Shown here piece by piece: positions 19,346-29,503 of a DNA stretch of 64,000 bases. A program made the translations under genes and the position numbers. The stretch is from an uncultured archaeon (GTDB lineage Archaea > Thermoproteota > Nitrososphaeria > Nitrososphaerales > Gagatemarchaeaceae): NCBI GenBank assembly GCA_963817525.1, contig CAWFOU010000007.1, positions 640,001-704,000 of the forward strand. Direction: 5' to 3'. How positions within the stretch are numbered: position 1 is the first letter of the stretch; each line of letters begins with the position of its first letter. The notes beneath the pieces are model-generated. The model saw nothing but the letters and a program-made list of their open reading frames with translations, was not told where the DNA came from and did no database searches.

Positions 19346-20095
19346 ATGGCGCAGACTGTCAATGGCAACAAGAGTCTTGTTTACGTAGCTTCGGCAATAC
19401 TCGCCGCTGGAATTCTTGTTTCTGCCGGACTTATTCTCGTCCCTACATCGCACTCCACGACGACCGTGACGTCCACTTCCACGACGACCTCGACGACGAC
19501 TCTAACGACGTACCCCGGGCTCCTCGCCTATTGTGCCTCCGCGAACTCCTACACACAACATGAGAACGTGGATATGGTGGTCGGGACCAGCCCTCCGGCG
19601 ATCCTCTGCCTTCAGCTCTACGATATCAACTCGACCTCCCCTATCGTAGTCGACACTGCCAGTCTAGTTTCGGTCCAGGGTTCCGAGCAGGGATTCGTCG
19701 GCGGAGGGAATTTCACGGTCATCGCGAGTCAGGACCAACTCACACTGGGGGGACCCTCGAACCTCAATGAAGGCACGATTGTCGCGTACGCCATCACGGC
19801 CAGACCAGGCGCGAACGGCACCTACTCGCTGCAGATTGGCGGTTGGCATCTCATAGGCATAGATGAGGAGCTGTGCCCGTTCTACGGTCAAGTCATCGCG
19901 GGGACGGGGCAGCCCAACTATTTTCGCGGCTTGGATGGCGGTGGCTCCCCCTGCACAGTCATCAATACTCTGCCAAATGGCTCAGTGAAGCTAAGCCCGG
20001 CAGAGGAGTCTGAGATTCCAGGAGTAGCAAACGGCTATGTCATGAACAGCACCCTCTACTTCAAAGCCATCGACGTCGTCGATTCAACACAATGA
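19346..20095 (+). CDS. Membrane-anchored surface protein (paralog of the next gene)
   Basis: Anchor plus Thr linker; shares PAI.CLQLY, GGGNFT, QLTLGGPSN..EGT.VAYAITA.PGA.G with 20096..20899. Confidence 0.75.
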   Translation: MAQTVNGNKSLVYVASAILAAGILVSAGLILVPTSHSTTTVTSTSTTTSTTTLTTYPGLLAYCASANSYTQHENVDMVVGTSPPAILCLQLYDINSTSPIVVDTASLVSVQGSEQGFVGGGNFTVIASQDQLTLGGPSNLNEGTIVAYAITARPGANGTYSLQIGGWHLIGIDEELCPFYGQVIAGTGQPNYFRGLDGGGSPCTVINTLPNGSVKLSPAEESEIPGVANGYVMNSTLYFKAIDVVDSTQ

Positions 20096-20899
20096 ATGTG
20101 TGAGAGCACTATGCCATTACAGGTGAATCGTAGGAGAAGCATCGGTTACGTCATCGCAGCGATGGTTGTCGCCGGAATCCTCGTGTCAACAACGCTCATC
20201 CTCGTCCCTCGGTCGCTCTCCACGACCACCACAGTGTATGCGACCGCGACAGAGACGACCACATTGACCGCTACACAGACGATGACGCTCGCAAACGTGT
20301 CAACCCGAAGCGCGGGAATCAACGCCTCAAACAGCGCAGCGCTCCTCGCAGCTTGCGCGTCCACGCACTCTACATCAACGGGCTACGTGGTTATCGGGCC
20401 TAGCTCTCCCGCGATTGTCTGTCTCCAGCTCTACGAATTCAACTCGAACTCGTCCATCGACCTGAACACCACGGGTCTCCTTTCAGTCGGAGGTTCAGAG
20501 GAGGAGTTCGGGCCGAGCATCGGCGGAGGCAACTTCACCATTCAGACGAGCCAGGGTCAGCTGACACTGGGAGGCCCCTCCAACGCCGATGAAGGCACGA
20601 CTGTCGCGTACGCCATCACGGCCAAGCCAGGGGCGAGCGGGCAGTACGCCTTGTTAATAGACGGCTGGAATGTCCCGGGCGAGGGAGGTGCGCCGGAGGA
20701 ATGTCCAAGCTGGGGAGTGCTCTTCGCAGGGAATGGTGAGCCCGACTACGCTATGAACGGGCCGATAGGCTCGTGCATAACTATTGTTTCATCAGCTCCG
20801 CCGAGTACACCGCAGCCTTTCTCAATCCCGGGAGTCAACTACGTCACGAGCAACACTCTCTACTTCAATGTAGTCGCCGTCATTGATTCAGTCCAATGA
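20096..20899 (+). CDS. Membrane-anchored surface protein (tandem paralog)
   Basis: Same motifs as the preceding gene. Confidence 0.75.
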   Translation: MCESTMPLQVNRRRSIGYVIAAMVVAGILVSTTLILVPRSLSTTTTVYATATETTTLTATQTMTLANVSTRSAGINASNSAALLAACASTHSTSTGYVVIGPSSPAIVCLQLYEFNSNSSIDLNTTGLLSVGGSEEEFGPSIGGGNFTIQTSQGQLTLGGPSNADEGTTVAYAITAKPGASGQYALLIDGWNVPGEGGAPEECPSWGVLFAGNGEPDYAMNGPIGSCITIVSSAPPSTPQPFSIPGVNYVTSNTLYFNVVAVIDSVQ

Positions 20900-20957
20900 A
20901 ACCCTAGGAATGAACAGCGACTGAAAGTGCGCGGCGGGATTTTTCGCCGGAAGAATC

Positions 20958-22199
20958 TCAGGCCAAGTCAAATTCGCGTGTTTGTCGCTGCCCACCATCA
21001 TGAGGAGCCATCATCGGGTGCCTCCTTAACGGAAACTCATCAGGGGGCCAAATAACCGATGCGTAGAAACACCCTTTGCAGTATGCTTGCGCGTTGAAAA
21101 ACTCGAAGGCTCTTTGAGCTTCACGAAGCTTCTGGCCAACCAAGTAGGGCTGAATCTCCCTGAGAACGCGCAAGGCCCTGATCCCTGCGACGCCCTTCCT
21201 CCACAGCGGCTGCCAGCCGAGCGGCCTCTCCTTTGGCTTCTCCGGCCTCGGAAGCCCACATAAATCGGCAAATTGGAAGACCGGCTGCGGATCAGTCATC
21301 CTGAGATCCAAATCAACCGTAGTGGTGTCAAACTTCTTCAGGTAATGGGAGCCGATGCGAACCTCGCCCTGCACCAAGCCTCCTACCCATGCTCGATCAT
21401 CGTCCGATTGGATAACAACCTCGGGAACTTTCCACTGATTCATTAGGTCTGAGCTATTGCGAACTTCTGGCCATACACGTAATGCATCATTCCGGTCCCT
21501 CCTGACGAGGGAATGGAGAAGCGGGTGTTCGAGGTAATTCTGCGGTGTAGTCGTCTCGTCGGCGGCCATTCGTAATCCACCTCGTTTCTTGGTTCTCCAC
21601 GGAAATTCACCGCGCGACCAGATGTCGAGATTCCCGAAGCACCCTGAATGGCTCCCATATGGAGAGAAGAAAGACAACGCCTTTTCCGCTTCTTTCAGCT
21701 TCTCGCCAAGCAAGAAAGGCTGTAGCTCCTGCAGAACTCTGAAGGCCCGCAGGCCCGAGACGTTCTTGTGCCAGTTGGGCTTCCAATCATGATTCTTGAC
21801 TGGTTTTGACGGGTGCGACAGCCCGACGTAGTCAGAAAACTTGAAGACGGGCTCAGGGTCGGTCATCGAAACGTCGATGTTGAGGCAGGTCACATCGTAT
21901 CGCGTGTAGAATCTGGCTTGGATGCATCCTTCCGCTTGGGTCAGCCCTGCGACCCAGCGTCTACCTGTGGTCGTGGGGATAATCACTTGCGGAATGTTGC
22001 GCTGCATGATTTCTCGCATCTGTGGCCGCCTGGACCACTCGTGCGGCGACTCAATCGCGAAGCGTTTCATGTGATAACGGACCGTCCCGGGAGTCCGATA
22101 TCCCAGCCTGTCCGCTGCCTCCGCCAGGCCCTTGCTCGTCCTCACGACCTCTTCGAAATACGGTAGCCACTGCGGGCTCCCAAAGGGCGGCCGGGGCAT
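20958..22199 (-). CDS. HTH plus tandem LAGLIDADG-like domain protein
   Basis: N-terminal HTH (LAEAADRLGY..PGTVRYHM); two internal repeats WVAGLTQAEGCI / WVGGLVQGEVRI, each followed by MTDP.PVF.F and L.E.QP.L.G.K. Confidence 0.7.
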   Translation of the reverse strand: MPRPPFGSPQWLPYFEEVVRTSKGLAEAADRLGYRTPGTVRYHMKRFAIESPHEWSRRPQMREIMQRNIPQVIIPTTTGRRWVAGLTQAEGCIQARFYTRYDVTCLNIDVSMTDPEPVFKFSDYVGLSHPSKPVKNHDWKPNWHKNVSGLRAFRVLQELQPFLLGEKLKEAEKALSFFSPYGSHSGCFGNLDIWSRGEFPWRTKKRGGLRMAADETTTPQNYLEHPLLHSLVRRDRNDALRVWPEVRNSSDLMNQWKVPEVVIQSDDDRAWVGGLVQGEVRIGSHYLKKFDTTTVDLDLRMTDPQPVFQFADLCGLPRPEKPKERPLGWQPLWRKGVAGIRALRVLREIQPYLVGQKLREAQRAFEFFNAQAYCKGCFYASVIWPPDEFPLRRHPMMAPHDGGQRQTREFDLA

Positions 22200-22639
22200 C
22201 AGCTAGCGCCTCCCAGCCTCGTTATGGCCGAGCCCAACTCATCGATCGAATACGCCACGCCGTCGGCGTGGGCCAGGACTTCGCGGAGCACCCTTGCGAG
22301 CGTGACGGGTTCCTCGTGGGGCGCCTCGGCGAGCGCGACGCAGCGGATCCCCGGGTGCGAGCCCTTCAGGCGTTTGAACTTCACGTCGATGAACGCGGCG
22401 TTCCTCTCCATCCAGCCCAGAGCGACCCCCCTCCTTCCGATGGTCTTCCAGCATTCTAGGACCGTCCTGCGGTCGCTCAGGAAAAAGTCCACCACGATCA
22501 GCCTGCCCCCGTTGGCGAAGACCGCGTGGGTGAGGTGGGTAAGGCCCAGCTCGAGGAGGAGGTCGCGGACCTGCCTTTCCTGCTCCGTGAGGGGTATCAG
22601 GGCGTGCGCTCGGGTCATCCATTTTGAAGACGGGTTCAT
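22199..22639 (-). CDS. Vsr/DUF559-like PD-(D/E)XK nuclease
   Basis: LTEQE...IVVDFFL...VLEC pattern; TGATG overlap with the next gene. Confidence 0.6.
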   Translation of the reverse strand: MNPSSKWMTRAHALIPLTEQERQVRDLLLELGLTHLTHAVFANGGRLIVVDFFLSDRRTVLECWKTIGRRGVALGWMERNAAFIDVKFKRLKGSHPGIRCVALAEAPHEEPVTLARVLREVLAHADGVAYSIDELGSAITRLGGAS

Positions 22640-22779
22640 TGGAATAGTAGGATTATGGGCTATTTAATCACCACAAGGGTTTTATCTTGCTTAGTTATCT
22701 AATAGAGGCGATATTCTAGCTAATTTGGTCTTTATGCCCGAGAACGCTTATCTTCCCAAGGCTCCAAGCAGTTCGCGGG

Positions 22780-25579
22780 TTGAGTCCGAGGCTCGCGGAG
22801 CCCGCCCCACTTGCAAAGACCGAGTTCCTTACTGTTGATCAGAGAGGCTCTTGGAGCCCCGCCCAAGTCGCCGACAGAATCTACGACAGTTCGCGCACCT
22901 ACAGGAAAGAGCATTGCGCCATCTTCATCGACCCAGACTCGGTCGATGACTTTCTCCACGCCTCAGGTCTACAAGTGGACTTTCTAGACCCAGACGAAAA
23001 CTCGCACTGGACGGGAGTGCAAAGACCAGTCCACCCGAAGCTGAAGCCCATTCTGGTTGGAGACTATGATGAGTGGTTTCGCTGGTTCATGAAGTGGCAG
23101 AGGTTCAACGCTTTCCACATCATCGTCCTCATCAACCCAATCCGGAGGATGATTGATGACGACAGGAGGGGGTACTATGACGGCCTCCTCACGCGCCTGC
23201 TCAACAAGCAAGGCGTCCACAGAATCATCATTGTCGAAGAGGAGCGCTTCCAGCCGACGCTCAGAAGATGGATGGGCGGCGCCGTCCCCGGTGAGGAGGA
23301 CCAAGAGCTCAAGGCGAAGTTCGGGCAGAAGCAGTTCAGGGATGCGATATGCTCCATTCTCTATGGCACGCTCCTCTCCAACAGAAACCTCTCTGCTGCT
23401 GCCGCGAGTACCTTGTTCTCGAAGGTGAACCCAGCCTGGGAGCCGGCGCTCCAGGACCTGAAGCGCAAGGCTTTCCAGGTCGCAAGGACGCACCGCTGGT
23501 TCTACTCACTGGGGGACTATGGGAAGGAGATAGTCGAGGGCCTCGAGACGCCGGCGGTTCGGAAAACACTCGAGGATCCGCAGCAGTCGATTCCACCCCT
23601 GTTCAAGAGGAGAGGCAAGAGGTGCCCCTCGGAGCTCAACCAGGAATGGCTCGAGGGCCTCACGCAGTCCCTCCTTGACTCCCAAGGCTGGTTCACGGTC
23701 GCGGGCCTCTACCAGCACGTCGACGCCCAGACGCAGAGGGTGATCCAGACGTCAGGTTATCGCCCCCAGATTTTCAACGATCACTTTGACGACGAGCTGC
23801 CTAGCGAGATGCATGTCTGGGCGCCGAGTCGCCCACTCCTGCGTGGCATCGCCGAGAGGCTCGCGCAGGAGGGGAAGCTGCAGAAGGCCACCTGGGTAAG
23901 GGAGATCGGGCGGCCCACCACCGTCTATCACCTGCCAGGACAGCTGCCGTTCGACGCCAAGAACCGGTGCGGGCAGTGCGCTTTCTACGTCCCCTTGAGG
24001 CGCCAGTGCAGAATCTGGTGGCTCCTCGACAAGTCCTACGGCTCCAGATACGAAAGGTGGGGGAGGGATGGGGCTCGCCCGCTCTCGGGCTTCGAGATTC
24101 ACAAGATGAGGAACTCCTGGCGCATAGGCCCACATTCGTCCGCGTGCTCGAAGTTCGTCGACAAGAAGAAGGACTACAGCCGGCTCTCACTCCCCGAGCT
24201 CTGCGACGTGTGCCAAGAACGGCTTCCCGAGACGCCGCCAAAGTGGTCGATGGTGGTCTGCGGCACCTGCAGGACCCGATACTTCAGGCTCAGGCAAGGC
24301 AAGGTGAAGGTGCTCACGAGCTACGAGCACGAGTTCGAGAAGCGCTACCACGAGCTGGCGGGCGTAGACCGAGCATCGGACATTAAGCGCCTGATTGAGG
24401 AAAGGCAGGGCTCTGCGGGAAGCATCGTGGAGCAGGCCATATTCGACGAGCGCCGCCACGCGGGCGTCGACGACCCAGACTCTGCCCCCAAGACGGTGAT
24501 GCTGTTCCCCGGCGACAGGATGCTCGCGAGGGACGGGAGGCTCTACGTCTTCAAGAGGCGCAATGTGGAGTCGCTCCCCCTCGCGGGCAGCACAATAATC
24601 GACCACGGCGGCGTGGTGAACGAGGAGCAGAGGGGCGCCCTAGAGAGCGCCGGGACGACCGTGAGGTCAATCTCGAAGTCACCGGGTCTCAACAGCACCG
24701 GAGGGCCTCCGCCAAAGAGGTACGACATCGCCCCCGCCGTGGATAAGGTGGTCGGCGAGTACCCGGAGTTCCTGCGCCGGATGTCCCTCGCGATGGTCCA
24801 GAGCTCGATTCACGCCACGGAGCGCGTCGGCTCCCTCGCCCACATGTCGGAGGACGACGTGCAGACCTTCACCAGAAAGCAAAGGATGTACGCGCGACGT
24901 CTCGAGCGCGCGCCTCCAACCAGGTTCTTGGTCTATGAGGCCCTATCCATGAAGGAGTACTGGAACTGCTACTACCTGGTGCTCAAGGGCGCGTTTCAGA
25001 GGTTCGGCCCGCGCAAGAAGGCCCGGTTCGTGAGGGAGTTCGTCACAAACCCCGCGGGGAGGGCAAGGGGCTACACCGCGGTTGACGCGGCGATAAACTA
25101 CCTTCACCAGAGGAGATTCTTCAAGGCGAGGGCGGTCAACGTCCAGCTCGGCCTCGATTTCAACCCGGGAGAGGGATTCCTCCACAGGAAGAGGTGGAAC
25201 CCCGAAGGCCTCGGGCTGATCTTTGACCTCATCGACCCCTTCAAGTTCGCCGACAGAGAGAAGCTGCTCGGGGCCATCCTGGACGTCAGCGTGAACTGGA
25301 GGGACTTTTACGGCGCGACCGACAGGTCCGGGGCGCGGTTCTACTACCCAAAAGCCGGAGGCCATCGGTGTCCTCGAAGCGGTTGGCGAGGCGGCAGACA
25401 ATATGCCTGTGAATTACCAAGGAGAGAAAATTACGCTCGTAGAGGCTTACCGAAACGCCGTCTTGAGGCTAATCCAGAACCTGCAAGGCGGCACGCCAGC
25501 CTCATTCACACCCTTCGTCTTCCAAGGGTCAAATTCAGCGCTCAAGAGGAATGGAACGCCCCAGGCGGAGGCGCAATGA
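22780..25579 (+). CDS. Large Cas1-fusion protein (unknown N-terminal region, wHTH, Zn modules, Cas1), with a +1 frameshift at 25350-25353
   Basis: Cas1-like beta domain from about 24490, E in LVYEA, DAAINY, GEGFLH, LIFDLIDPF; the Cas1-like tail (VNYQGEKITL...FTPFVF, TGA 25577-25579) lies in the +1 frame. The unshifted ORF runs to 25737. Confidence 0.75.
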
Positions 25580-25759
25580 ACCCAAGCACGGCGATGCCCT
25601 GCAACTTCATTTTAGCGAAACATAGTGGAGCTCTTGGAGTTGGATTGGAGAGTACACCTTTCCGCGCCTTGTATGAATCGTTACAGAGAAATTTTCGGGG
25701 GGGGGGAAATAGTGGAAAATCCCATCAATGGATATAGTTAGCCCTTTATTCTCGGAGGT

Positions 25760-27649
25760 ATGGCGCCCGCGTCTCCTCTAGCCTCTATGCTGCATATCCA
25801 TGGAGAAAAAGTAAACCGGGTCTCAAAGGCAGTCCTACTATTGGCCCTACTGGCCGTCGCAGCGGTGTTTCTGATTTCCCCCGCTTCGGTAAACGCGGAG
25901 AGCGTGGGGACATGGAACCAGACCACCAGCTTCCCTGTTGCTGGTACCTCCTGCACCGCATACGCCGGGTACGCTTACTGCGTCGATGGCCAATATTCCT
26001 ACTACGGCCAGCTCACATCGTCAGGCATCGCTTCCTGGACGGCCACCACCAGCTATCCGGACACTGTAGACGCGGACCAGACGTGCGCCGCATCAGCAGG
26101 ATACATCTATTGCGTTGGGGGGACACCCACCTCAGGCGGCTCCGCTCCCAGCGATTACGCGTATTATGCTACCGCTACTGCATCTGGGATAGGGGCCTGG
26201 ATCGAGACCTCTGACTATCCGACCTTCATAACCGGTGTCTCATGCGTGATCTCGGCAGGATACATCTACTGCGCGGGAGGCGAGACGGGCGATGGCACCT
26301 TACAAACAGGCTTCGCCGCGTACGCGCCGGTCTCCTCGTCAGGCATCGGGACGTGGACGACCACCACTACGTATCCCCACCAAGTAGTTTCCCCCAACTG
26401 CGTGACTTCGAGTAGATACATCTACTGCGCCGGCGGGATGGGGGTCGTAGACGTCGGCCCCGAAAATACGACCGCTTACGCCGCCCTCTCCTCCTCGGGA
26501 ATAGGTCCTTGGACCGAGGGCCCACTCTATCCGTCGACGATCAGCGGATATGGGGAGTCGCCTTATTCCTGTGTCGCGTCGGACGGCTACATGTACTGCA
26601 TCGGCGCATACAGTTCCTATGAGAGCTCACCTGAGGTCAACTACGCCTCGCTCTCCTCGTCCGGAATCGGGGCATGGACGGCCACGACCGCCTATCCAGG
26701 CACTTCGTCGAGTGGTGACACATGCACTTCATCGGGCGGCTACATCTATTGCGTGGGAGGCGACGGAAGCACCTCTTCAAGTGCCACAGTCTATTACGCT
26801 CAGATAACCGCACCCCCATCTTCGCAGCTGACTGTGACAAGCCAGGACACCAGCGGCAACACGATAAGCGGCTACTACACAGTGCTCAATCAGAGCAACG
26901 CTATTGTGGCCTCAGGATTCACGCCGTACACATTCACTCTGAACGACGGCCAAACCTATACGGTGCAAGTCGACAACTATGGCTCCTGCACGTTCTCGCA
27001 TTGGCTCGACACGGGAAGCACGACGTCAAGCAGGACGGTGTCCATCACCAGCAACACCCAGTACACGGCCGTGTACAGCTGCGCTTCGAGCAGCGGCGGC
27101 CCGTCGAGCGTGACCGTGGACACGGTCAACCAGGATGGCGGCGCGATCACCGGCTACAACATCGCGCTCTATGGGTCGGGTGGTAATTTCATCTCTAGCG
27201 GGTTCTCGCCGGCGAGCTTCAGCACGACCGCGGGCGAGGGGTACGAGCTTGTGGCGGACAGCTACGGGAGCTGCACCTTCAGCCAGTGGTCAAACGGCGC
27301 GAGCGACCCGATGTCCTTCACCGCGACGAGCTCGGCGCAGACTTTCACTGCGGTCTACAACTGCACCAGCACGAACGAGTCCACCATCAACGTCTCCACG
27401 GTGAACTCGTCCGGCACTCCGATCAGCGGATACTACATCACCCTCTGGCAGGATGGCGCTCAGCTTGGGAGCTGCTTCTCCGCCTGCTCGTTCACCGTGG
27501 ACGGCGGACAGTCTTACCAGGTCTTGGCCGACTCCTATGGCTCCGAGACGTTCAGCCACTGGCAGAACGACGGTTCAACGGGCTACGAGACGGTCATGGT
27601 CCCGATCAGCAGCACGACGATCGACCTGACAGCGGTCTACAGTCCATAG
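25760..27649 (+). CDS. Secreted Kelch-like beta-propeller protein with three C-terminal Ig-like repeats
   Basis: Signal peptide; repeats of C...GYIYC.GG...SSSGIG.WT.TT.YP; repeats of ISGY...YGSCTFS.W. Confidence 0.8.
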   Translation: MAPASPLASMLHIHGEKVNRVSKAVLLLALLAVAAVFLISPASVNAESVGTWNQTTSFPVAGTSCTAYAGYAYCVDGQYSYYGQLTSSGIASWTATTSYPDTVDADQTCAASAGYIYCVGGTPTSGGSAPSDYAYYATATASGIGAWIETSDYPTFITGVSCVISAGYIYCAGGETGDGTLQTGFAAYAPVSSSGIGTWTTTTTYPHQVVSPNCVTSSRYIYCAGGMGVVDVGPENTTAYAALSSSGIGPWTEGPLYPSTISGYGESPYSCVASDGYMYCIGAYSSYESSPEVNYASLSSSGIGAWTATTAYPGTSSSGDTCTSSGGYIYCVGGDGSTSSSATVYYAQITAPPSSQLTVTSQDTSGNTISGYYTVLNQSNAIVASGFTPYTFTLNDGQTYTVQVDNYGSCTFSHWLDTGSTTSSRTVSITSNTQYTAVYSCASSSGGPSSVTVDTVNQDGGAITGYNIALYGSGGNFISSGFSPASFSTTAGEGYELVADSYGSCTFSQWSNGASDPMSFTATSSAQTFTAVYNCTSTNESTINVSTVNSSGTPISGYYITLWQDGAQLGSCFSACSFTVDGGQSYQVLADSYGSETFSHWQNDGSTGYETVMVPISSTTIDLTAVYSP

Positions 27650-27770
27650 CGGAAGAAGAAGCAGCCGCACGCGGAGGTGGTCCCCCGGCGGGCCAATGAA
27701 CCCAGCCAATCTTTAGTTAGCGCCGCAATTCCGACAGCCGTAAATATTCTCCAGGAGATCATCATACGAC

Positions 27771-28121
27771 TTGGACAGCCGACGGAGCTGGGCAATAATT
27801 GGAGCAAACCTAGACAAACTCGTGGCCGTGATGCTGACCGTTCAGAAGGGAGCTTCGGTCGATGTCTTTTGCGATCCGACGGGAGCGAATCTATCCGTCG
27901 GCAGACCGTCCGGCGCGGCGAACATCAAACTCTGCGCAGTTAACGCCCCCGACCTCGAGGGTGGCTACGGTGTGAAATCACGTGGTGACGGATTCACGAA
28001 TGACGACGGGGAGGAGATTTCAAAGGAACAATTGCCAGCCTACTTGGTGCGGTACATCACAGGGGCGAAGGATGGAGGCGCGGAATGGGGCTGGGAGTTC
28101 AAGTTGAGCGGCGACGGGTGA
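27771..28121 (+). CDS. Hypothetical protein
   Basis: 116-aa ORF preceded by a TAAATA box; no motif recognised. Confidence 0.4.
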   Translation: MDSRRSWAIIGANLDKLVAVMLTVQKGASVDVFCDPTGANLSVGRPSGAANIKLCAVNAPDLEGGYGVKSRGDGFTNDDGEEISKEQLPAYLVRYITGAKDGGAEWGWEFKLSGDG

Positions 28122-28315
28122 TGGTGCAGCTATCTGCTGCATATTTGGCCCGAAACGACGCCAGTTAACAACACGTACAGTTACCGTGTCGGACGAATGG
28201 GGCAGGCTGTCGTGCTTCACTTCACCATGACCAACTGATCAAATGCCCCGGCGGAGGCGCAACTAACCCGAAGGCCATCAAGCCTTAATTAGCGTCAAGC
28301 CTCAGAAAGTGGTTC

Positions 28316-29503
28316 TTGCCGTTCCTAGTCCCTCCGGAGAGCATCGAGTCCGAGTCCCTCATCCTGGTGCTCGCGTTTGGGCAGCCCTCGTTGCTCGAGG
28401 CGCAGTGCGTGTTCGGGGAGAGCGCCAGGGTCTCTATGCGCTGCGACGACATTGCGATAGCCGACTTGAACGGCGGCCGGTTCAAAAAGTACACCGAGCT
28501 CGCGGGGGTGCACAAGATCGCCCTCCCCCTACCCCCCGTCGACTCCTCCGGCTTCGCCGAGGCGATCACCTTCCCCGAGAGGAACTTCAACTTCTCCCTG
28601 AGCCTCTACTGCTCAGCCGGCGACCAGGAGGCGAAATATGAGGAGCTCTCCGAGGAGCTCCTCTTGCGGATACGCGAGTTCGGCCACAAGAAGGCGAACC
28701 TCCTCCGCTCGCGCTCGGGGCCCGAGCTATTTTCGGAGCGGGTGGTGTCTAGGTCCGCGATGGATTTTGTGGTCTTCCCCCTCGGGGCGGTGTCCCAGTG
28801 GGGAGTCACGGTCTACGTGCCGGAGACAGAGCAGTTCAAGGAGCGGTCGACGGAGAGGCCGTACGTCACCTCCGGGATCTCGCTCTCCTCCCGCCTGGCG
28901 CGCCTACTGGTCAACATCTCCGGGGTCTCCAAGGGCCAAGTCCTGCTGGACCCGTTCTGCGGCTCTGGGACCATCCTCGGCGAGGCGCTGCTGAAGGGGG
29001 CCGACTGCATCGGGGTCGACAGGAACCACGGAAGCGTCGAGCGGACCAAGGAGAACCTGGCGTGGGTCCTCTCACAGAGCAAACGAGGCGGACATGTCCC
29101 CTCCTACTCCGTGGTCACCGGCGACGCCATGAACCTGAGAAGGTCGCTCGGCGACCGGACGGTGGACGCCATAGTCTCAGAGCCTATCCTGATGCCGAGA
29201 CTCTCCTCTCCCCCCACCCTCGAGAAGGCGCGCCGCCTCATCAAGCACGCCTCCATCATCTACTCGGAGGCCCTTTACGAGATGAGCGAGGTCTTGCGAC
29301 GCGGCGGAAGGATGGTCCTCGTCACGCCCTCGCTTAGGACGGTGGAGGGGAAGGACGTCGCCCTGTCTTTCGAGGACCTCAGGGAGGTCGGGCTGAGGCC
29401 AATCCAGCCGCCAGGCGGCCCCTCCTACGAGTATCCTCTGAAGGTGTCGCACCAGAGCACGAGGTGGGTCAGGAGGGCGGTGTATGCCCTGGAGCGCGCC
29501 TAG
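28316..29503 (+). CDS. SAM-dependent RNA methyltransferase (Trm11/TrmG10-like)
   Basis: RP...SLSSRLARLLVN, LLDPFCGSGT, DAIVSEP. Confidence 0.8.
   Translation: MPFLVPPESIESESLILVLAFGQPSLLEAQCVFGESARVSMRCDDIAIADLNGGRFKKYTELAGVHKIALPLPPVDSSGFAEAITFPERNFNFSLSLYCSAGDQEAKYEELSEELLLRIREFGHKKANLLRSRSGPELFSERVVSRSAMDFVVFPLGAVSQWGVTVYVPETEQFKERSTERPYVTSGISLSSRLARLLVNISGVSKGQVLLDPFCGSGTILGEALLKGADCIGVDRNHGSVERTKENLAWVLSQSKRGGHVPSYSVVTGDAMNLRRSLGDRTVDAIVSEPILMPRLSSPPTLEKARRLIKHASIIYSEALYEMSEVLRRGGRMVLVTPSLRTVEGKDVALSFEDLREVGLRPIQPPGGPSYEYPLKVSHQSTRWVRRAVYALERA

Noticed and set aside
13876-25737. TnpB plus Cas1 as a nascent type V CRISPR system
   Set aside because: They are separated by core genes, TnpB has its own IS right end, and there is no array.
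20900-25740. Casposon-type TIRs/TSD around the Cas1 module (GGGATTTTTC near 20937 vs GGAAAATCCC near 25714)
   Set aside because: The match is short and imperfect with no TSD, so it could be chance.
18235-28292. CTAATTAA / TTAATTAG as inverted island ends
   Set aside because: Better explained as TATA boxes of the flanking divergent host genes.
18210-28300. CRISPR array or cas2 near the Cas1 fusion
   Set aside because: No regularly spaced 25-45 bp repeats and no Cas2-like ORF were seen by eye here or elsewhere in the window.
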